Shown one piece after another: positions 7,930-16,143 of a stretch of DNA of 42,131 nucleotides (positions are counted from its first letter, which is position 1; every line of letters starts with the position of its first letter). The DNA is taken from contig JBKPDU010000029.1 of the NCBI GenBank assembly GCA_046728055.1, positions 1-42,131 of the forward strand, written 5' to 3'. Under the pieces are notes generated by a model. The model saw only the letters and a program-made list of their open reading frames with translations, did not search any database and was not told the origin of the DNA. The translations under genes and the position numbers were made by a program. Source of the stretch: Actinomycetota bacterium (GTDB lineage: Bacteria; Actinomycetota; UBA4738; HRBIN12).

Positions 7930-8301
7930 TCAGCCGGTGACGTCCTCCAGCCCGTACTTGGTCACCAGCGACAGGTAATCCCGCTGGTAGAAGATCTTGC
8001 AGTTGATCCCGGGATACCGCTCACGGAGTTTGCGGATCTTCCGGTTCTTCTTCGTGACGAGCTTCTGATTGAGCGTCGTGATCTCGATGTACAGGTCGTA
8101 CTGGGGAAGGTAGAAGTCGGGAGTGAACCGCTGGATCACGTTGCCGCGCTTGTCCCACTCGAGGTCGAACGAGCGGGGCTCGTATTCCCAGTCGATCTGG
8201 TAGAAGTCCAACAGGCGAGCGAACTGGCGCTCGCTTGCATGGGCGAACCTCACGGAATCGCTCTTCAGGGCCAGCGGTGGGACCGTGGCTGCAGCTTTCA
8301 C
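7930..8301 (-). CDS. Conserved hypothetical protein, PD-(D/E)xK nuclease-like fold
   Basis: FAHASERQFARLLD...WEYEP...FTPDFYLP...LYIEITT; GTGA overlap with the merR stop; GGAGG SD. Confidence 0.7.
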   Translation of the reverse strand: MKAAATVPPLALKSDSVRFAHASERQFARLLDFYQIDWEYEPRSFDLEWDKRGNVIQRFTPDFYLPQYDLYIEITTLNQKLVTKKNRKIRKLRERYPGINCKIFYQRDYLSLVTKYGLEDVTG

Positions 8302-8750
8302 GCGCCTCCGGCCCGAGCGACCTCGCGTCCCCTCCGTCGCGCGCCCTTGGCGATCGTTCCCTCCAGATCCGTCCATACCTTGTCGACGGCGAGGGCGAAG
8401 ACCCCCTGGCCCTTGGCCAGGAGGTCCACGACGGCCTCGGGAGACTCCACCGCGTAGATGCGGGTGCCATCCGAGACGATCGTCGTGCCCACTTCCGGCT
8501 CCTTCAGCGCCCGCAGCGTCCCGATGGCCTTGCGAACCTGCTGAAGGCTGACCCCAGTGTCCAGGAGCTTCTTGATGATCCGCAGCAGCGCGAGGTCCTG
8601 GAACGAGTACAGCCGTTGGGTCCCCGACCCCCGGGCGTCTCGCACGGAGGGTCGGATCAGCCCAGTCCTGGTCCAGTAGTCCAGCTGCCGATAGCTGATC
8701 CCGACGATCCGGCATACGTCCGGGACGCGGTACCCCTGGTCGTCCATCAC
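8298..8750 (-). CDS. MerR-family transcriptional regulator (Rv1830-like)
   Basis: GYRVPDVCRIVGISYRQLDYW...GSGTQRLYSFQD...LLDTGVSLQQVR...GQGVFALAV. Confidence 0.9.
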   Translation of the reverse strand: MMDDQGYRVPDVCRIVGISYRQLDYWTRTGLIRPSVRDARGSGTQRLYSFQDLALLRIIKKLLDTGVSLQQVRKAIGTLRALKEPEVGTTIVSDGTRIYAVESPEAVVDLLAKGQGVFALAVDKVWTDLEGTIAKGARRRGREVARAGGA

Positions 8751-8776
8751 AACTCCGTAATTACGCGGGCGCAGCC

Positions 8777-8805
8777 AGGCTATTGCCCCTTCCGGGGCAT
8801 GTCAA
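8777..8805 (-). promoter_or_regulatory. Promoter TTGACA-N17-TAGCCT with a dyad in the spacer, upstream of merR
   Basis: -35 at 8800-8805, -10 at 8777-8782; spacer dyad TGCCCC-N4-GGGGCA (8784-8799); palindrome CGTAATTACG at 8756-8765. Confidence 0.6.
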
Positions 8806-8833
8806 TCACCGGAAACTCACCGGCGCGAGCGGC

Positions 8834-9307
8834 TCAGCCGAAGTCCTCGGGGTTCACGTTTTCCAGGAACTCGCGGAACTTCTCCACCTCTTCATCGTCG
8901 TCCCCGGAGGGAATGAGGATGGAGGCCTCGTTCAGGACCTCTTCACTTGCGAAGATCTTGCAGTTGAGTCGAACCGCCAGCGCGATGGCGTCGCTCGGGC
9001 GCGATGAGATTTCGTAGGCCGTCCCGTTCCGTTGCATGTTGATCACCGCGTAGAACGTTCCCTCGCGCAGCTCGGTGATCACGATGTTCTCGACCTGGAC
9101 CGCGATCTCCTCGAGGATGTTCTTGAGGAGATCGTGGGTCATGGGGCGGGGCGTAACCACGCCCTGGAGCGCCAGAGCGATCGCGGCAGCTTCGGCCTGT
9201 CCGATCCAGATCGGGAGGAAGCGCTCGCCGTCGGCCTCTCGCAGGAGCACGATGGGCTGGTTCGTCGGCAGCTCGATCCGCACTCCCGCTAGTGACATCT
9301 CGATCAT
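8834..9307 (-). CDS. Bifunctional nuclease family protein (BFN/DUF151)
   Basis: PIVLLRE...LPIWIG..EA.AI...RPMTHDL...SRPSDAIALA. Confidence 0.92.
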   Translation of the reverse strand: MIEMSLAGVRIELPTNQPIVLLREADGERFLPIWIGQAEAAAIALALQGVVTPRPMTHDLLKNILEEIAVQVENIVITELREGTFYAVINMQRNGTAYEISSRPSDAIALAVRLNCKIFASEEVLNEASILIPSGDDDEEVEKFREFLENVNPEDFG

Positions 9308-9350
9308 GGCCTCATCCGGGAATGTAGCCCTCCCCTCCCCCTCCGACAAC

Positions 9351-9971
9351 CTAGGTGGCGGGCTGGGGACCGGTCTCCGGCGCGTGCGCCGAACGCGGGA
9401 CACCGGTGAGGAACGGGACGAGCAGGTCGGGATCCGCCGAGAGCGCGGAGAGGTCGTGCACGGCGAGGATGTCGGGCAGGTTCCGGTATCGCTCCTGGAA
9501 ATCGAGACCGTATCCGACCACGAACACGTCCGGGCAGTCGAACCCGACGTAACGGATGGGAAGGGGGGTGATGCGGCGCACGGACTTGTCCAGGAGCGCG
9601 CACACCGCCACCGAAGCGGGCTGCCGCGATTCCAGGACCGTGATCAGGTACGAGAGCGTGAGCCCGGTGTCGACGATGTCCTCGACGACGAGGACCTCGC
9701 GCCCGCCGACGTCCACCTCCAGGTCCTTCACGATGCGGACCCGCCCCATCGATTCCGTCGCTCCCTCATAGCGGGAGATCGACATGTAGTCGATGGCGAT
9801 CGGGAGGTGAACCTGGCGCATGAGATCGGCGAGGAACAGCGAGCCGCCCTTCAGGACGGAGATCAGGACGGGAGCCCGTCCCTCGTAGTCCGCGGTGATG
9901 TCGCGGCCGAGCTCCTCGATGCGCCGTCGGATGTCCTCCCGTCCGAACAAGACGGTCGCGTCCGTGGACAT
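9351..9971 (-). CDS. hpt: Hypoxanthine phosphoribosyltransferase
   Basis: VLKGG, PRPP-binding VLVVEDIVDTGLTL, FVVGYGLD..ERYRNLP. Confidence 0.92.
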   Translation of the reverse strand: MSTDATVLFGREDIRRRIEELGRDITADYEGRAPVLISVLKGGSLFLADLMRQVHLPIAIDYMSISRYEGATESMGRVRIVKDLEVDVGGREVLVVEDIVDTGLTLSYLITVLESRQPASVAVCALLDKSVRRITPLPIRYVGFDCPDVFVVGYGLDFQERYRNLPDILAVHDLSALSADPDLLVPFLTGVPRSAHAPETGPQPAT

Positions 9972-9993
9972 CCGGCCGGATGCTAACAAAGGG

Positions 9994-11268
9994 TCACCCG
10001 AACAAGGAGGTCAGCGCGCTCGAGACGCCCCGGAAGACGGCAGAGCCGGCCCGGCGCCACCACGGGCCGGGCCCGGCCGGGGGTGGACCCGGCAGGGCGT
10101 ACACGACGAGCGGCACCCGGCCGAGGAGCACCTTCGGCGCGGACACCTTCAGGAAGCCCACCCGCTCCCCCGTCGCCGGCGGGAACGCCGCGTCGGGGAG
10201 CACCGTGACCACCCGCTGGATCCGGGCGCCCACCGGGACGAGCCCCGTCAGCCCTCGACCGGCGGAGACCCGCACGTCCCGTCCTCCGATGGACACCGAG
10301 CCGAAGTCCTGTCCGGCGACGACCAGCTCGCGCCGCTCGAAGGACCCGAAGCCGTAGTCCAGGACTGCCGCGGCGTCAGAGAACGGCTCTCCCGGCTCAC
10401 CCAGCACCACCGCCACCAGCCGGAGATCCTCCCGGGCCGCGGCCGCAACGACGCAGAACCCCGCCGGCGTGGTGAAGCCGGTCTTGACTCCGAGGGCTCC
10501 CTGATACAGCCACAGCATGACGTTGCGGTTCTGGATGATTCGAGCCTTGCCCGATGGCGAAGGTATGCGGTGGAACTTCGTCCGGACGATCGAGGCGAAC
10601 AGGGGGCTCTCGAACGCCTCTCTGGTCAGGACGGCGAGATCACGCGCGCTCGAGTAGCCGGTGTCGTCGAGCCCGTTCGGCGAAGCGAAGCGCGTGTCCG
10701 AGAGGTGTAGCCGGCGGGCTTCAGCGTTCATCTCGTCGACGAACTCCTCGACCGAGCCGGCGACGTGTTCCGCGAGGGCGACGGCGGCATCGTTCGCCGA
10801 CTGCAGGAGCAGGGCGTAGAGCAGGTCCCCGATCGAGATCTGCTCGCCGGAGACCAACCCGAGCTCCGAGACGCCCGACGGCCCCGGTACCGTGGCGTTG
10901 GCGCTGACCGTCACCACGTCCCAAGGGTCCGTGCGCTGGATGACGATGAGCGCGGTCATGATCTTCGTGATGCTGGCGATCGGCCGCCGCTCCCTCGCGT
11001 CGAGTGCCCACAGGATCCTGCCGGTGTCCAGGTCGGCGAGGACCACCGCGCCCGCCGCGACCGGTGGTGGTTGGTTCGACGGTGACGGCGTGCGAAGGAC
11101 TTGGGGGAACGGAGAGGGTGACGTCCCCCCGCCGGGGATCGGCACCGGCGTGGGCGGAGGCTTTTGGGCCGGGCGGCCCAGACCCACGGAAGGAAGGAGG
11201 ACGAACAGCGTCGTCAGCACGACGAGGGCGATCAGTGCTCGCCGCCGGACCGGGCCGTCCTGCCTCAC
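9994..11268 (-). CDS. D-alanyl-D-alanine carboxypeptidase (peptidase S11)
   Basis: Signal peptide; SxxK (ASITK), SxN (SAND) and KTG motifs. Confidence 0.9.
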   Translation of the reverse strand: MRQDGPVRRRALIALVVLTTLFVLLPSVGLGRPAQKPPPTPVPIPGGGTSPSPFPQVLRTPSPSNQPPPVAAGAVVLADLDTGRILWALDARERRPIASITKIMTALIVIQRTDPWDVVTVSANATVPGPSGVSELGLVSGEQISIGDLLYALLLQSANDAAVALAEHVAGSVEEFVDEMNAEARRLHLSDTRFASPNGLDDTGYSSARDLAVLTREAFESPLFASIVRTKFHRIPSPSGKARIIQNRNVMLWLYQGALGVKTGFTTPAGFCVVAAAAREDLRLVAVVLGEPGEPFSDAAAVLDYGFGSFERRELVVAGQDFGSVSIGGRDVRVSAGRGLTGLVPVGARIQRVVTVLPDAAFPPATGERVGFLKVSAPKVLLGRVPLVVYALPGPPPAGPGPWWRRAGSAVFRGVSSALTSLFG

Positions 11269-11278
11269 GACGAGAAGG

Positions 11279-11986
11279 TTACGGCGAGGTCAGGTGCTGC
11301 CGTAGGTTGTTCCGCAGGAGTGCCTGTTTGAGCTTCCGGGACGCTCTCGACAGATCCCCCAGGGAGCTCACCGCAATCCTTCGCGCGTCGGGGTTCCGCT
11401 GACGAAGCTGCGGCATGATGATCGACTCGAAGAAGCTGGCTTCACGTTCGGCGAAGTGCCGGTACATCGTGAGGTGGCGAGGTTCGACGCCGTACTTGAA
11501 GAAGTCCTTGACGATGGAGAGCACCACGTAGTCATCCCCGTCGTAGTACTTCGCTGCATCGGGCCCGTGCGATGACACGAGCCCGAAGGACTCGAGCTCC
11601 TTGATGTGCTCCTTGTCGATCCCGGTCGCCGTCGACATCTCCTCGATGGACATCTGGAGGCCCGTTGGCGGCTCGGCCAGTTCGTCCTGGATCTCCTTGC
11701 CCACCGCGTCCTGGTCGTCGATCCCTTCGCTCGGTCGCGTCTCCTGATTCAGCAGCCGGTCCTTGATCACCTTGAGCGGCAAGTACTCGTCGCGCTGCAT
11801 CCGTAGGATCTGCTTCAGCCGGTCCACGTCCTTGTCGTAGAACTTCCGATATCCGGAGGGCGTGCGCTCCGGCTCGATCAGGCCTTCGGACTCGAGGAAC
11901 CGGATCTTCGAGATCGTGATGTCGGGGAACTCCGTCTTCACCGACACCAAGACCTCGCCGATCGACTGGTAGCTGCGCGTGGCCAT
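11279..11986 (-). CDS. MerR-family transcriptional regulator (Rv1828/FtsR-like)
   Basis: SIGEVL...EFPDITISKIRFLESEGLIEPERTPSGYRKF...QRDEYLPLKVIK; directly follows the FHA gene. Confidence 0.9.
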   Translation of the reverse strand: MATRSYQSIGEVLVSVKTEFPDITISKIRFLESEGLIEPERTPSGYRKFYDKDVDRLKQILRMQRDEYLPLKVIKDRLLNQETRPSEGIDDQDAVGKEIQDELAEPPTGLQMSIEEMSTATGIDKEHIKELESFGLVSSHGPDAAKYYDGDDYVVLSIVKDFFKYGVEPRHLTMYRHFAEREASFFESIIMPQLRQRNPDARRIAVSSLGDLSRASRKLKQALLRNNLRQHLTSP

Positions 11987-11991
11987 CTCCC

Positions 11992-12450
11992 TCACTCTCC
12001 GGCCTGGAAGAAGACCAGTTTGAATTTCCCGATCTGGACCTCATCACCCGAGGCGAGCTTCGTGGCCTCGACGCGCTCGCTGTTCACATACGTTCCGTTC
12101 AGGCTGCCCCGGTCGTGGATGGAGAACTCCGTACCTTCCCGACGGATCTCGGCATGCTTTCGGGACACCGTGACGTCGTCGAGGAAGATGTCACCGTCGG
12201 TGCTGCGGCCGGCGGTTGTGACATCGTTGGTGATCAGGAAGGTCGACCCGGCGTTCGGGCCCCGTTTGACCACGAGCAGGGCCTGGCCGGGCTCGAGCTC
12301 CTCTCCGGGGAACGGGAACTCCTCGCCGGCCTCCTCCTCGACCTCCACCGGGGTGATCCCCACGGTCGTCTCGTCCAGGAGCGGCGCGCCGCAGTTTGCG
12401 CAGAACCGGGCTCCGTCCTTGTTCGGATGTCCACATCGGGTGCAGTACAA
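11992..12450 (-). CDS. Zinc-ribbon + FHA domain protein (GarA/OdhI-like)
   Basis: CTRC...CANC ribbon, DETT motif, FHA motifs GR...DIFLDDVTVSRKHA...SLNGTYVN. Confidence 0.9.
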   Translation of the reverse strand: MYCTRCGHPNKDGARFCANCGAPLLDETTVGITPVEVEEEAGEEFPFPGEELEPGQALLVVKRGPNAGSTFLITNDVTTAGRSTDGDIFLDDVTVSRKHAEIRREGTEFSIHDRGSLNGTYVNSERVEATKLASGDEVQIGKFKLVFFQAGE

Positions 12451-12528
12451 GCTCGGTTACCCCTTGGGTCCGACCTTCTGCTGAGGTTCGAGGTTGAGCC
12501 TTTCAGCTCCAGTCTCGACCAAAGGTCG

Positions 12529-12557
12529 AAGTTATCGCAGCTGGATAGCGGGGTCAA
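12529..12557 (-). promoter_or_regulatory. Promoter TTGACC-N17-TAACTT for the FHA-merR unit
   Basis: -35 at 12552-12557, -10 at 12529-12534; flanked by dyad motifs (see findings). Confidence 0.55.
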
Positions 12558-12590
12558 CCGGGGAAAGAGGGTCAAGCAGGGGAAGGGTCT

Positions 12591-12986
12591 CTACTCGGCC
12601 TCGGCCTGCTTTATGAACGCTTGATAGGCGGCCGCGTCCATGAGGGATCCGAGCTCGGAGGGGTCGACCCCATCGACCACCACCATCCACCCATCACCGT
12701 AGGGAGATTCGTTGATGAGCTCGGGACGTTCCTCCAGGAGCCCGTTCCGTTCGGCGATGGACCCGGTCACCGGGCTGAACACCTCGGACACGGACTTCGT
12801 CGACTCCACCTCGGCGAACTGCTGCATCGCGGTGACCGCCGTCCCCGGTTGGGGGATGTCCACGTACACCACGTCCCCCAGCGCGTCCTGGGCGTAGTCG
12901 GTGACCCCGACCCTCACCCGGCCGGCCCCCTCGTCGCGCGCCCACTCGTGCTCCTTCGTGTACCGCAGCTCCTCGGGGAACTCCAT
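12591..12986 (-). CDS. gcvH: Glycine cleavage system H protein
   Basis: YTKEHEW, GVTDYAQDALGDVVYV, lipoyl-lysine motif VESTKSVSE, INESPYGDGW. Confidence 0.95.
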   Translation of the reverse strand: MEFPEELRYTKEHEWARDEGAGRVRVGVTDYAQDALGDVVYVDIPQPGTAVTAMQQFAEVESTKSVSEVFSPVTGSIAERNGLLEERPELINESPYGDGWMVVVDGVDPSELGSLMDAAAYQAFIKQAEAE

Positions 12987-13054
12987 CGGCCCTCTCCGTG
13001 GTGGGCGTCGACCTGAACCCGGAACCTATCATCCCCGCGCGGGACGCCGGCTGA

Positions 13055-13651
13055 TCACATCGAACCCGACCGGAGGGCTTCCCGAAGATCTCCTGCATAG
13101 AGCCAAGCGGCAAGGTAATACCCGAAGATGCCCACCGCATAGATGCCCCACCCGACCGCCTCGACCGCGGTGGCGAACGGGTACCCCAGTTCCCCCCACG
13201 CGATGAACCCGATCGCCACCACCAGGCCGAACGTGGCCACCTTCCCCACGAACCGGACCTCGATCCGTACCTTCCGCGTGGCCAGGAGCGTCACCCCGGC
13301 GATCAGCACGGCCAGGTCTCGAACCAGGATCGCCAGCGCCGCCCACAGTGGGAAGGCTCCCCGGACGACCAGGGCCACCAGGCCGGCACCGATGGCCAAC
13401 CGGTCGGCCGTTGGATCCAACAACTTGCCCACGTCGGTGACGGTGCCCGTGCGCCGAGCGACATAGCCGTCCAGCCAGTCGGTGCTCACCACGACTCCGA
13501 ACAACAGGAGTCCGGTGAAGGTGGTGTCCCGGTCGACGATGAGCCACACGAATGCGGGGATCAGAAGGATCCGCGAAACGGACAGCACGTTGGGCAAGGT
13601 GACGATTGCGGAGGACGCGTCGTTCGATGCCTCGCCAGAGCTCTGGCTCAT
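13055..13651 (-). CDS. CDP-alcohol phosphatidyltransferase (PgsA / cardiolipin synthase-type)
   Basis: TLPNVLS..R, DWLDGYVAR...GKLLDPTAD motif; hydrophobic. Confidence 0.9.
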   Translation of the reverse strand: MSQSSGEASNDASSAIVTLPNVLSVSRILLIPAFVWLIVDRDTTFTGLLLFGVVVSTDWLDGYVARRTGTVTDVGKLLDPTADRLAIGAGLVALVVRGAFPLWAALAILVRDLAVLIAGVTLLATRKVRIEVRFVGKVATFGLVVAIGFIAWGELGYPFATAVEAVGWGIYAVGIFGYYLAAWLYAGDLREALRSGSM

Positions 13652-13864
13652 GCCGATCGCAACCTACCATCGGTGAAGTACAGGGCAGTCGGATGAAACG
13701 TGAGGGCGGAACTCGAGCCCGAGCGAGCGTCAACCTACGGGGAAAGGTGAGGAATCCGTTGCAGGAAACTCTTGGTGAATCTAGGCTTGTGGTCGAGAGC
13801 GACTTACACTATCGCTTGGCCGGCCGGAGCCTCCATGAGCACGAGCACCTCCGGATCCGGTCCG

Positions 13865-13895
13865 AGGTGGCCCGGGTCTTCCCCCCGGGCCACCT
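13865..13895. terminator. 12-bp GC-rich hairpin downstream of tRNA-Pro (terminator or sRNA element)
   Basis: AGGTGGCCCGGG-TCTTCCC-CCCGGGCCACCT perfect inverted repeat; no clear U tract. Confidence 0.4.
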
Positions 13896-13999
13896 TCATG
13901 CCCACGTCTCGCCGTATGACATTCGACGTTCTGGTAATCCGAAGACGTGCGGATCGGTCTGGATGGCCCTGGGGTTCCAGATCGAGTCTCGTCGTTTCG

Positions 14000-14074
14000 T
14001 CGGGCCGGCCGGATTCGAACCGGCGACCTTCTGACCCCCAGTCAGACGCGCTAACCAAGCTGCGCCACGGCCCG
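14000..14074 (-). tRNA. tRNA-Pro(GGG)
   Basis: CGGGCCG acceptor stem, D arm GCGCAGCTTGGTTAGCGC, anticodon arm TCTGA-CTGGGGG-TCAGA, T loop GGTTCGAATCC. CCA not encoded. -10 TACAAT at 14084-14089. Confidence 0.96.
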
Positions 14075-14107
14075 CGAGTCTCGATTGTATCGGGGCCGGC
14101 CGGGTCC

Positions 14108-15454
14108 TCAGCGCTCCCCACCGCGGCGCGGCTTGGGTCGGAACCGCAGTCGGATGGCAATTCCATCGAAGCCGAAGGCCCGTCGCAGGCGTCCCTCGAG
14201 GAACCGTTGGTAGGAGGGCGAAGGGGGCCTCCCACCGAACAGGACGAACGTGGGCGGTCCGGCCGAGACTTGTGTGCCGTAGCGATATCGGACCCCTCCC
14301 GGCGGTGGCCGCTCCTCGACGGCCTCGGCGAGCACGCGGTTCACCTCACTGGTGGGGACCCGCCTTCGCCAGCGCTCGTGGAGGCCCATCAGGTCCGAGG
14401 GGAGCCGAGCCACGCCCAGGCCAGTGAGCGCGGACGTCCGCCACACGGATGCACCCGAGAAGACGGCCACGGCCTCGACGAGTTCCTTGTACGTCGGGTC
14501 CTTCTCCCGGACCAGATCCCACTTGTTCGCCATCACCGCCAGCCCTCGACCGGTCTGCATCACCCGGGCGGCGATCCTCCGATCCTCGGAGGTGAAGCCC
14601 TCGCTCGCGTCCAGCACGAGCACGCTCACGTGCGCCCGCTCGATGGCTCGAACGGCACGCACGTAGCCGTAGTACTCGACACCCTCCGTGCGGGACGGAC
14701 GCCGGAAGCCTGCCGTATCGACGAACCGCACGGGTCCCCCGGGCCAGGTCACCAGGGCATCGACGGCGTCGCGGGTGGTGCCCGCATCCTCGTACACGAC
14801 CGCGCGTTCCTGCCCGACCAGACGGTTGAACAGCGAGGACTTCCCCACGTTCGGTCGGCCCACGATGGCGAAGCGCGGCTCCCCTCCCTCCTCCTGAGCC
14901 TCCGTCGGCTCGGCCTGGGGAAGGAGCATGACGATCCGGTCGAGAAGGTCTCCGGTCCCCCGACCGTGCAGCGCCGAGACCGGTACGGGCTCCCCCAACC
15001 CCAGGGCGTAGAACCGTGCGGCGTCGGCTTCCTCCCGGTCCGAGTCGACCTTGTTGGCCACCAGGAGGACGCTGGCCTTGGCCCGGCGCAGCTGCCTGGC
15101 CAAGGCCGCGTCCTCCTCCTGTTCCCCGGTCTGAGCGTCCACCACCAGCAGGACCACGTCGGCCTCCTCCGTAGCTATCTCTGTCTGCCGGGTGACCAGG
15201 GCCTCGACCCCTCGGGCTCTGGGAAGGAACCCGCCCGTGTCGACGACGCGGAATCGCCGCCCGCGCCACTCCGCCTCGAGCTCCACGCGGTCGCGGGTGA
15301 CGCCTGGGGTCTCGTGGGCGATCGCCTCTCGCCGGCCGAACAGCCGGTTCGCCAGGGTGGACTTCCCCACGTTCTGACGACCCACCACGGCCACGGTCGG
15401 CAGCCGGGTGGCCATGCCCTCCTGCCCGTCCCCCTCGGGTTCGTCGCTACCCAC
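14108..15454 (-). CDS. der: Ribosome biogenesis GTPase Der (EngA)
   Basis: Two G-domains (GRQNVGKS/DTGG/NKVD and GRPNVGKS/DTAG/NKWD) plus a KH-like C-terminus. Confidence 0.95.
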   Translation of the reverse strand: MGSDEPEGDGQEGMATRLPTVAVVGRQNVGKSTLANRLFGRREAIAHETPGVTRDRVELEAEWRGRRFRVVDTGGFLPRARGVEALVTRQTEIATEEADVVLLVVDAQTGEQEEDAALARQLRRAKASVLLVANKVDSDREEADAARFYALGLGEPVPVSALHGRGTGDLLDRIVMLLPQAEPTEAQEEGGEPRFAIVGRPNVGKSSLFNRLVGQERAVVYEDAGTTRDAVDALVTWPGGPVRFVDTAGFRRPSRTEGVEYYGYVRAVRAIERAHVSVLVLDASEGFTSEDRRIAARVMQTGRGLAVMANKWDLVREKDPTYKELVEAVAVFSGASVWRTSALTGLGVARLPSDLMGLHERWRRRVPTSEVNRVLAEAVEERPPPGGVRYRYGTQVSAGPPTFVLFGGRPPSPSYQRFLEGRLRRAFGFDGIAIRLRFRPKPRRGGER

Positions 15455-16142
15455 CCGAAGCCTCCAGTCGCTCCCGGGTGATGGCCAGGGCCTCGCGCAG
15501 GACCTCGTCCTGATCCCGTCCCGTCGTGTCCAGGAGGACCGCGTCGGGAGCCGGGACGAAGGGGTTCACCCGCTCGTCCAGGGCGTCCCGGATGGCCAAC
15601 GCTTCCGCCACGTCGGGTGGGCGCGTGATGCCGCCGCGCTCGCCCGTGCTCCTGCCCGACTCCCTCCGCTCGAGCTCCCTTCGGGAGGCCCGCTCGTCCG
15701 GCGCCGCCACCAGGAAGATCTTGACCGCGGCGTCGGGGAACACCACGGAGCCGATGTCCCGGCCCTCCATCACCGCGCCTCCACGGCCCAGCCGGCGTTG
15801 CTCGTCGCGGAGCACGGCCCTGGCCTCCAGATGACGTGAGACCTCGGAAACCTTGTCCTCCACCTCAGGGTCCACGAGATCGGGCGATGGAAGCTCACCG
15901 TCGATGATCAGGGATGGAGGCGAGACCCTCGAGTTGAGGTCGAACCTGATCCCTCGAGCCACCCGGGCCAGGGACGAGCCGTCCTCGACGTCAACCCCTT
16001 CTCGGAGCGCCCGAAGGGTCACGGCCCGGTACATCAGCCCGGTGTTGACGTATGGGAGACCGAGGGCCCGAGCCAAGCCTTCGGCCAGCGTGCTCTTGCC
16101 GGAGCCGGCGGGTCCGTCGATGGCCACCAACCGAGCGGCCAC
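15447..16142 (-). CDS. cmk: Cytidylate kinase
   Basis: AIDGPAGSGKST, NTGLMYRA, MEGRDIGSVVFPDA. Confidence 0.95.
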   Translation of the reverse strand: MAARLVAIDGPAGSGKSTLAEGLARALGLPYVNTGLMYRAVTLRALREGVDVEDGSSLARVARGIRFDLNSRVSPPSLIIDGELPSPDLVDPEVEDKVSEVSRHLEARAVLRDEQRRLGRGGAVMEGRDIGSVVFPDAAVKIFLVAAPDERASRRELERRESGRSTGERGGITRPPDVAEALAIRDALDERVNPFVPAPDAVLLDTTGRDQDEVLREALAITRERLEASGG

Positions 16143-16143
16143 G

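Noticed and set aside
13772-15481. 569-aa plus-strand ORF
   Set aside because: Runs antisense through tRNA-Pro and der; no protein motifs.
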